NCBI GenBank assembly: GCA_000182565.2
Contig: KQ257452.1
From: Spizellomyces punctatus DAOM BR117
Taxonomy: Eukaryota
Length of the DNA: 64,000 nt
Reading direction: 5' to 3' (one strand)
The notes beneath the pieces are model-generated. The model was not told the DNA's origin. It worked only from the letters and a program-made list of their open reading frames with translations, and did no database searches. Shown here piece after piece: positions 53,983-64,000 of the stretch. How positions within the stretch are numbered: the first letter of the stretch is position 1; the number at the start of each line of letters is the position of its first letter. Both the position numbers and the translations under genes were made by a program.

Positions 53983-55086
53983 TAGAGTATTAAGCGTAGC
54001 AGGATGATCCTAAATCAGCTGCTGCTGGAACATCGGACAGCTGGTGATCTGTTGCCGGTGCGTTTCCTTGGTCTTGTATGAAAGGTATGAAATTCTGGAT
54101 ACTGGGGGTGGTACCATTCTCGACCTGTATCTCTATCTGGTATATGCTCATCCCGCGCGGTCCTCTTTGCAAGCCGCAGACTACTGGAGGAACCGAGCTC
54201 AGTAAAAATGGTAGAAGTATAATCGCAAACTAGTTTCTACAGATATATTACAGTTAGGTCCAGCTGAGCGATTGGTCTTGACACTGTTTGGGCAGGTACA
54301 TATCGTTGCTCACCGACAGTCAATTTGGTAATATTGCCAGGGCCCAATACCCAATAAGGGCAAGCAAGATCTGCATTATCCGAAGCTTTGCATGTTGGTT
54401 GCACATACTGTCGTTTATAGAAACCTTTTCAGAAAGATGTATCAAGAGCAGCCAAACAGTAGTTAATGGGTAACTTCTGCTGCGAATCTGATTAAATCTG
54501 TGTGCAATAGCAGTATTCCTCCCTTGGGTTCCGTGACATGTTCAACGAGAACAACAGGACCGACAAGCTGTCATACAGCTATACAGATTCACTTTACTTG
54601 TAACCATATGGCAAGTTACCTGACTCGATGGATTAAAAACTGCTACGAAAAAAGTCAAAAACTTGAGCCTCCTGGATGGGTGGTTTTTACACTGCACACC
54701 CTCAGCTTTAGCGAGCATCGATGGGCTACAACCAATGTCATTCACCCTAATCCCTGCGTCCCTGCGATAACACTGCAGAATTCCACCGCCTTAATGCAGC
54801 CCGATCAAGGGACCATCAGGTACGATGGCATGCATAAAAGCTTATTTTCCCTGAACATGAATGTTGCTTCCCAACCCTTCTCCATCATCACATGGCACGT
54901 CTGAAGACCTCCGCAATGCTGACTAATATTACATAAGCAAAGGCACAGCCATGCACTCAGCCCAAACGAATTTTGCAACTCAGCCGCTTTGGTTTTTATC
55001 CTACGGGTTGAAGGTGTGTGTGAGATTTTCCCCATTTTTTTAAAACGGCTTGGGGGAATCAACGCAAACGGAACTTGCATCTCGAC

Positions 55087-58000
55087 ATGACAGCGACAAT
55101 GGCAATGCCGACGATGCGCTGGTGTTTCTGGCTCCTGAGTGCGTGCTTGCTATGGACGGTGCGAGCAGACATTGAGGTCCCCCTCGGTATCCCAAACCCA
55201 ACCTCGCTCCAAAACCACAAGACCTTTTACGAGGGCTCTGGTTACAAGCACGCCTTTCACTGGAGCATTGAAAATGCAGGAACTCCCAACCAGACGCTGC
55301 ATGGGATTCTCGAACTGAATGGGAACAATATGAAATGGGCTTGGATAGGGTTGGGTTGGGGACGCACTATGCTCGACGCTCAGTTTATCGTATGTCACCA
55401 ACTCGCGGGTCAGAGCATTGAAATGCATGAACACGAGTCGACCGGCGCTTACAAACCCCCGGTAAGATTCCACACCAAACGGTGGCCAACATTAGCTAGT
55501 GACGAGTTGTGCTCTCCATATAATGTATTGCAACTGAGCAAGAAAAAGAAAGGCAAACTATGGCATGCAAAAAGAGACATGCCATTGGTGAAGGGTGGGA
55601 CACCCCATCGGGCGACCGTGGAAAGTTGCAGCTTTATTCAATTCCGCATATGACTTTTGGTTGCAGTTGAAGAATGCTAGAGCCCATGATGTTCACAATT
55701 GAATGCTGGCTGTCGCCTCATTTTCTCACAACATCTCGACATGGTGACCGATTCTATGATAATCCGGTTCAATTTTGGCGGCGATCTCATGTCTCTTCTC
55801 CTATTTCGATCTAGCAGTATCACTACTACGGTGCGCAAGTCACCATTCCTATCCGTGGTGCCTTCAACAACAACACATTGCTATGCGAATTTAACCGAAA
55901 GACCGACCCAAACGACGGCATTCATATCAACCTGAACCTGAACAGTTTCACCGATGTCATCTGGGCATTCAATCCAAATTCCGCCAAAAACTATGAAGAA
56001 AAATGGTTCTCGTACCATGAAAAGGACCATCGTGGGGCGGCTCAGGCGGATTTGGTCGGTGGAAGCATTGTTTCCATCCCTGCAAAATCCATTGAACGCA
56101 AACAACTTCACGGATTCGGCATGATGGCCGTCTGGTTGGGGCTCTTTCCCTTTTCGGTTTACTATGCTCGTTACTTGCGCTCCACGGTCGGATGGCTTTT
56201 TGTCCATCTCACCCTCCAAGTCCTCGGCATCATAGGCATCATTGCCTTCTTTGTCATCATTCTGACCGAATACATCGCTCTGAGCCGGCCGCACGCCATC
56301 CTTGGATTGATCCTGATCAGCTTTATTGCCGTCCAGCTCGTGCTCGGCATATGCAATATTTTAGGTCTGTCCAACGAAAGCTTGTCACGAGTTCGCAAAT
56401 GGGTCCGCCGGTCGCATAATCTCCTTGGTGCTGCTCTCATCCTCACCGCCGTCGCGCAGGTCGCTCTCGGCTTGGAGACCTTGTTCCCCTGGGTGGAGCC
56501 CCGCGGAAAAGGCGCATGGGCAGTCTTCTTTGCTCTCGTGGCGTTTTGGGTAACTGCTTTCATAGGCACCGAAGCCTTTTTCTGGATCAGTGTCCGTCGC
56601 ACAGATATCGGAATGCCGCAAAAACAAATGGTGCAGAAATCAGACAAACCCTTTGCGACCAAGGTGGAGCGCGGAGGAACTTCTGTGACCCTTACTGAAA
56701 CGACGGTTCCGTTGGATCACACCCAAATTCGCCCGGATATGCCTAGGTTTACGTGGGCGACTTTGAACCAGGCTGTCATGAATGGCGAGCTCTTGGTCGT
56801 CGCCAATGGACGCTATGTCTACTCTATTGCACAGTGGATGACAAGTCACCCTGGTGGTCAGCTCATTCTTCATGCTGTGAACGGAACAGACATTACCAAT
56901 GACTACGTAAGTACCCGATCTATGCACCGTCTGCACTGGTATTGTTAACTCACATCCTTCCAGTTCCACGAAGCTGGCTTCGATGCTGAAGAATTTGTGC
57001 CCAAACCTGAGGCACCTGCCCAACGTGCTGAACGCACTCAGGCGACTCTTCACCGCCAAGCTGCCTCTATTGCCAGCAGCGAAGTTACCGCCGGTTACAG
57101 ACAATCCAGTATTGTCCAGGAAATGAAACTATCTCCCCTGATGGCGGAGCGAGACTGGCGATTGGTCGTCCGCTCCCGTCGGACCCATGTACATACGCGT
57201 CTCGCGATTCAAAAACTGAGCAAAATGCTTGTAGGAGAGCTTGTCCCGGACCTGGACCAACCTTACGCGAACATTGACGCAGATGCCGCCAGTACGGGCC
57301 GCACGTTTGATCCAAACGAGTATCGTCGGTACGCTCTCGTCGAAAACAGTCCTATTACCCAAGGTGCCTCCATTTACAAGTTCCGATTCTGTCTGTTGTA
57401 CCCGTACGACGTCCGCGACGGCGAGCCACTTGGCTTCTTACCCGGACAAGCCATTGAAATCCAAGCCCGCATCAACGGCCGACTGATCACGCGCTTCTAT
57501 TCTCCGCAGACAGACGGCAATCTCTCTGTATTTGAAATTGATGTCAAGATTTACCCTCACGGCACGATGACGCAGTATCTCGTTAAACAGAAACCTGGAG
57601 ACCGCCAGTTCAAGATCCGTGGTCCGTTTGGGACACCCCTCGTGAACCCGGAGCGACCCCTCCATCTTGGATCATCGGACTGGGTACCCCGTCGCTTGAT
57701 CTTCATTGCGGGTGGAACGGGCATCACACCATTTTTACAATTGATAAAGTACCTCCTCCTCCCTGTTTTGGAACCCCTCCGCGTCACTACCGACTATGCA
57801 GCGACACTCGAGGATGAACTGACTCTTACCAGAGGTGACAGAGTCCTTGTCAAACATCACTACTTTGATGGATGGGCAATTGGCGTCAACGTCCGCACCG
57901 GCATGGAAGGCGCCTTCCCGCTCACTGTCACTTCTCCCCGCTGCTCATCCCACGTTTCCATCACGTTGATTCACGGTGTGCAAACAGCGTCAGAAACGAT

Positions 58001-58319
58001 CCTTGGAAACGAGTTCATCGAGGGTGCCTTGTTGGCTTATGCGGATTGCATCCAGGTCCATCGTTTCATTGCCGATGGAACTCTACCTGCCGATGGAGCC
58101 GCCACGGGTATCATCTATCCAGCACGATTGGGTGCACCAGACTTGGAAAGCATTTTGAGACAACGGTGGCCTCTGGATGATGAGCAAGAAGAGGTGGAGA
58201 GGAAACGGATGTTTGTGTGTGGACCCACTGGATTTGATTCGTGGGTAGTCGACGTCGTCTCGGAAATCGGTGTGGATACGCGCTGCCTGACTGTATTGCC
58301 CAGTGATCGGGTCATTTAG
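55087..58319 (+). CDS. Multidomain membrane oxidoreductase: signal peptide, DOMON, cytochrome b561, cytochrome b5, FAD/NAD(P)H reductase with SH3 insert (about 940 aa)
   Basis: Exons 55087-55461, 55815-56906, 56964-58319 join in frame. WIGLGWGRTMLDA and FSYH (DOMON); four TM His (b561); HPGG (b5); RFYSP, GTMTQYL, IRGPFG, AGGTGITP, VCGP (reductase); DYAATLEDELTL..DGW..GAFP (SH3). Confidence 0.9.
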
Positions 58320-58466
58320 AAAATTCGTCGTATTTTCTTTTTTTATTTGTTTGAATCTTGTTGTTTGGACAGTTCATGTACTGGATATTTCTATTTTCGT
58401 AAAAACTCTGCTGCAATTTTATAGTATATATATTATACAAAAACGTTTTCCCCAGCTGGGTATAAA

Positions 58467-60313
58467 TTACATCATATTTCCAAACATGCCTGCATATTGC
58501 ATGGCACGTACTGGTGGATGCTACACAAAAGGAAAAGCACAACACAAGGTTAATACACTTGACCACTACAAGCGATTTCCTCACATGTGCTTCCATACCT
58601 CTACAGCCGCAAACTGGTGATAGGTGAGCTTGCGATCTGGCGTTACATGGATATATGCCCCCTTGTTCCCTACACTATCGCAGTAATTCGGCGCACTGAA
58701 AATTGTGATACCTAACAACCAAACGTTAAACGAGAGTGCCACAATACATTACAACACCCTCCAAGTAACTCACATTTCCCATCATGATCCACTTGATATC
58801 CTTCCTGCTTAACTTCATGACTCCGAATCAAGACTTCCAATCCATTCCTTTCTAGGAATGATTTCGTGACATCTGGTCCAAATTGGATGCCTACACCACG
58901 TTTGGAGGGAGATCGGCCTGGAAGGGGTTGCGGGTCAGACCACAAAAGCTCGCACATCAGACCTTCGGAGCCAGGTTGCTTGAAGCGATCGATTTGACGG
59001 AGCTGTGCTTTGGGCGTCAAAAGTAGGAAACGGAACAAAAAGCAAAAAAGAACAACGCACCTCATCCAACGTCACATCATCCCGACTAAATAACCCTCCG
59101 TGTACCACCAAAATCTTCTCATTCACCACATTTCCAATCGGCACCGCATTGAAAATCTCACTGAACAACTTGAACGCTGCCTCAGAGTATTTTGCCTTAA
59201 CCTCCCCTTCGAACCCGTACACCTTATTCATATCATCCGTCTCATGGTTCCCGCGACTTAGGAATATGGAGTTGGGGTAGAGGAGCTTGAATGCAAAGAG
59301 CGTCGTAACGCACTCCACGCTAAACGAGCCACGGTCGACGAAATCGCCGTTCCATAGGTACGCGTTCGTAGGTGATGGTAGACCGTTCAGATCAAACACG
59401 TGGAGGAGATCGTAGAATTGGCCGTGAATGTCTCCGCAGATGGTGAGTTTACCACCAGAGGGCACCGTGACATCCACAATGGGTGGTTCAGCCTCAAAGA
59501 GCTTTTTGGCTTTCAGGAGGATGGTATAAAGGTACTTTTTGTGCAACTTTTTTTGTTGGCGTAAATGTTCCAGCAGTTGTGTCACGAATTCGAGCGTTAC
59601 TCCTTCGTCACCCAATCTTGGCCCATCATAGCTCGCCTCAACGACCATACTCTCCACATCCCCAATCAATTCCTCTGCAGATCGCTTCCGATCTTCGAAC
59701 GCGATGGCTGCTTCAAACGTCCGGCGCTTGAGCTCTTTTTCGCATTCACTGAGCTTCTTGCGTGCGTCTGTGTCATTTGGCGCTACGCGACAAACGGCTC
59801 GAAAGTCCTTGACGGCTTCCTTTACTTTGCCTAATGCCATGTTCCCTACGGCTCGGCGGTAGTAGCCCTTGATGTAGGATGGGTCCAGTGAGATCGCCCG
59901 ATCGGCATCCTGAATCGCTGCGCCGTAGAACTCGGATCGAATGTATGCTATAACAACGTTCACTACCTGCTCTCATGAACATGATAGCCAAATCATGTAT
60001 TACCCACCAAACGCTCGATTCGCATAATAAGCAGCTACATTCGGGTTATGCGATATCGCCTCTGTATATCGCTCCACAGCCTCGTCGTACTTTTTAGCCG
60101 CAAAGCACTTGTTGGCGGCTTCTTTTGCCTACCATGCAGAAAGAAATTAACCTCCAAACACTGGAAAGACATACAAACGGAGCATACAGTTTCCGCTTTT
60201 TGCTTGTCACTATCAGAAACGGGGAGTGGGAGGACCTCATCTGTAGAGCTGCTGGCTCTTGTTGCGGTGCGGTTTTGGCTGTCGGTGGGATCGTCTAGCA
60301 CGTGGGCAGTCAT
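58467..60313 (-). CDS. PPT1: Ser/Thr protein phosphatase 5 (TPR plus PPP domain)
   Basis: TPR (YIKGYYRRA), GDIHGQ, GDFVDRG, RGNHE, HGG, LLWSDP, IRSHE, FSAPNY. Confidence 0.97.
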
Positions 60314-60593
60314 GATGGCAAATCTTGTTTAAATAAAACAAAACGAATATAAGGAAACAATCTAACAACGATCCGTGAAATGTCCAACAAGAATCTTGCA
60401 GTCGGCCAAGGGTTGAAGGTGAGCTTGCATATGGTTGTTGCTACGTAACCCGTGGCACAGCACAGTCCTCCATACAGAAGTGGATGGGCAACCATACGGC
60501 AACGAATTATAATATACAATACATCGTCTACGACAAAAACCACATCGTCATTACTATACAAATTGGAATGGTCCAGCGCCTATGAACCTTGAA

Positions 60594-63500
60594 CTACTTC
60601 TGCTTGTCCCGGTTCACAAGCTTCATCCCCAAGATAGCCAAAAGGGCCCAGCCCAGTCCAATATACACAATACTCACTAACGCAGTCGCGTAATTACCGC
60701 TGTCGTATGCACCCTGCCGGAGAGGCATCGTGTGGAGCTCTATCCATGGTCGTGCGCCCGCCTCCTTGATGTACCACGCTTCAATGGCCCAGCGGGGTGC
60801 GGAGACAGACCAGAGCCATCGGATGGGAGCGTAGAAGCCTGTTTGCATGACATTTTGCAATTGGGGGTTGACTCCTCCAAACACTACGTATAAACCACAC
60901 TAATGAGTACGCAGAGTAGATAAGAGACAGTGAGAACGTCAAACACTTACACATGGACCAGAGAAGAACAAAACCAGTTGCTGCGAGAGCAACAGATTGT
61001 GGTTTGATGACAGACGACAAAAAGTAACCTAGATAGATCGTGTCAGGATGCCCTGTCTCTTGCGCGACCAGCACAACATGAGCGACCTACCCATGGAGAA
61101 AGCAGCAAAGTACAAAACGAGAACCAGATCGAAAATCTCAAATAGCCTTTGGCGGAATGGGAGGAACAAAATCAATGCAAGCGTGTACATGATCGCTGCA
61201 ATGATAATTCGGGGAATATCCGCTATCCATTTCGCCATAAAGTACGGCAAGGTCGCCATGCCGCTACTGGCATCACGCCAATACACGACGCGTTCCCGAC
61301 CAAAGGTCCCTGCGCCCACAGCCACGCCCCCGAACAGTAGGCCAAGACATATAAACATGCCGCTTCCAGGAAGTTGATCGACTGCTTTCTGACATCCGGG
61401 GCCCTGGCTCAAAGCAGGCGGTGCTTGCCGGCAAACAGCCTGTGGGTATAGACCGAGATAGTCGTTGGCTTGTGTGCCGACCTATCACCATGTTAATCGT
61501 GAGCAATGCTGCACGTACACCAAACTCTCATGCGCCAATTCTCCTACCGAGATGAATATGCCGCAGAGCAGATGTACCACTTGGTCAAACCAAAAGGCTC
61601 CCGGATTCCTGTACAACTGCAAAACACAAGATATTAGAATTGCAGACTTTGTCTCCGCAACAACGCAGTAGGATGGCCCACCTGAGTACAGGCCCTTAGG
61701 TAACAGAGATAAAAGACGGTAAAAGGATTGGGCGTTCTTCTAACGGGATCTTTCGTGAACAATCCTCGCACTGTATCACGCATTTCGCCGCCAACATCAG
61801 CAAAGTAGGCGCCGATGGACCGTCCCATAGCACCAGCAGCTACAAAAAACTTCGCTTTGCTACCCGTACTCTTGACGGTTTTTCGCTTAAGGGTTCCCCG
61901 AGTGTCTTTCAACGGGAGGGTTGGATCCAAGCCAGCTTTATAATTTTCCCAACAAGTAAACAACTGCGTTGGTCTAAAGGCACTTGTGAGACGACATGGC
62001 ACCCGACCAGTCGCCACCTCCATGAAAAAATCTGCGGCACTCTCTCCTGCAATATAATATATGTTAGCGCTTTTGTCTAAAATACCGATCTTTAATAGAC
62101 CCACCTTCCCGCATAGTGAAGCCTATTCTCTCAAAATACTTGATGGCTTCGGCTCTATGACCAAAATAGATGATCCGTCCGCCCTTCCCGAGCAGTAGCA
62201 GATCATCAAACTGGTTGAATGCGGCAGGTGACGGAGAGTGTACCACTGCAGCGATGGTCATGAACTGTTCGCGCGCAATAGTATGCAACAAACTGCAGAC
62301 TTCGAATGATGTTGCAGAGTCCAATCCGCTGGTGGGTTCATCCAAGAATAAGACACTTGGAGCAGCCACAAGCTCCATCCCAATATTGACCCGCTTTCGT
62401 TGACCACCACTAAAAGTGTGAACTGCTGCATAAGAGTCCACATCAAAGTAATCACTGCCACAGATGCTGAACGAACCTGATACCGCGTTCTTCTTCATTT
62501 CCAATAACGTTATCCATAATGTGATCCAGTCCTAAAAACGATATCGTCTCCAAAACCAGATCCTTCTTTCTCTTGTTAGACCATTCAACCGGAAGTCGCA
62601 TGAGAGCGGAATGCTACAAGGATGCAAATCCGAGTAAGATAATTTGCATCAGGTGATGGAGTACCTCGTCACACGAGCTCACCATCAGGATATCACGGAC
62701 AGTCAGCTCTCGTAACATCACATCCTCCTGCGGAACAAATCCAATCAACTTGCGGTACTTTGAGAGTTCTTCCTCAATTCCATTGATGCGTATCGTCCCC
62801 GAAGTACGTTTGGCTTTATTGGTAAGCAGAGAAACAAAAGTGGTTTTTCCTGCTCCACTGGGACCCATAACAGCGCAAAGACGGCCAGGTTTCAAGTCGC
62901 CAGTGACTCCCTGTACGTGTGATCAGAGTTAGCAATGGCCTGCGGACGTCCTCAGCTCTTTAACATCCATTACCCTCATGATCTCGACGCCGGTGGGGAG
63001 GGTGAACCCCAGGTTCTCGAACTCAATTTCAAATCTCTTGTGTTCATCCGATTTTGCGGGTGGGGAGGACGCGTCACCAACAAAGTCTGGCACATCATGC
63101 TCATCTTCCGAGTCTGACTCCGCGTCGCCAACCAGCAATCCTGTCTTATTTGTTCCAGCCTCCATGATAGCCGCTTTTTGCTCCTCCTTCCCTGCCGCAC
63201 TTGCCATACTTGCATCCAGCCGTTTGCGATACTTTATATTGCGTTTCCTCACCATATACTTGCGGATTTGAAAAAAATGTCGACATTACCACAAAGACTG
63301 CGGCAAGCAAAATTAGGATCCCAATCCGCGAGACCGATTTTGTGCCCTCAGGGCAGTATGCTAAAAACGAGCAGCTGATGGGCTCCACCGAGCCGACTGG
63401 ACACCAGCTGCCGGATGGGCACACATGAACTTCGGCAGGGGTTGGACAGTAGAAGCCTGGACAGCAGTAGGCCGGCTGGTATGTATCTGGCGGACAAAGG

Positions 63501-64000
63501 AAACCTGGCGTGCACAAGTTCCGAGTGTTCTCAGTGCCATTGATATTGTCACCAGGCGTTTGGCAAAAGTGCCTAATAACAAAGAAGCGCGCGAGTTAGA
63601 AGCACGAATATTATGGTATCTAGAGCGTATCGACGTACCCAGCTGCACATGTCCAATTAGCTCGCAAATACGTGCAATTCAAGCCAGCTTGCTGTTAATG
63701 AAGCCTGTTAGCTGAAGATAATCTATTGGCATGCTACATAGGGGCGCACCTCCAGTGCAGAAGCCTGAGTCACATCTGCTGCCAGCACGCCTGCGGCCAA
63801 TAAAAGGGAAGACGTCTTCTTGTCGGAATCCATGCCTTTTACCAAATTATCCACCGCGGTTTGGTTACTGGAGAACTGATTAAGGGCATCTGAAACTGTC
63901 TGGTTCTGCGACTGCAAAGGCGTTAGCTAATGCAGTGTTTTTGGGGATCACTCAATATCGCAGACCAACCTGTCTCGAGGTTGTATTGTTGTTATTGTTG
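60594..64000 (-). CDS. Half-size ABCG transporter with N-terminal Cys-rich ectodomain (5' end outside window)
   Basis: Cys repeats CTPGFLCP..CCPGFYCP..CPSGSWCP, TM helix, Walker A GPSGAGKTT, ISGGQRKRVNIG, LFLDEPTSGLD, TMD with RERVVYWRD. Confidence 0.93.

Overview
Gene-dense eukaryotic nuclear DNA with many short (about 50-80 nt) GT-AG introns. Fungal-type housekeeping genes together with the axonemal dynein assembly factor DNAAF3 point to a zoosporic fungus (chytrid; inference). About 30 protein-coding genes were reconstructed by hand across introns, including CARM1 (partial), UGDH, a CorA transporter, NDUFA2 and SNAPIN (both only evident after splicing), ARMH3, COX17, NSF/SEC18, SPT5, proteasome beta-2, DNAAF3, PIP5K, NDK, PIH1, ALDH, ALG7, SEC13, an FAD monooxygenase, PP5 and an ABCG transporter (partial). 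The stand-out is a 3-exon, about 940-aa gene (55087-58319) fusing signal peptide, DOMON, cytochrome b561, cytochrome b5 and an FAD/NAD(P)H reductase with an SH3 domain inserted in the reductase. This looks like a complete trans-membrane electron chain in one polypeptide. Also notable: an intronless GC-rich orphan ORF in a gene-poor 5-kb patch, a nested fold-back element at about 43.0-43.3 kb, and a perfect X-box palindrome. No tRNA, rRNA, CRISPR array or intact transposon was recognised. Exon boundaries and family calls come from manual reading and remembered motifs, not database searches.
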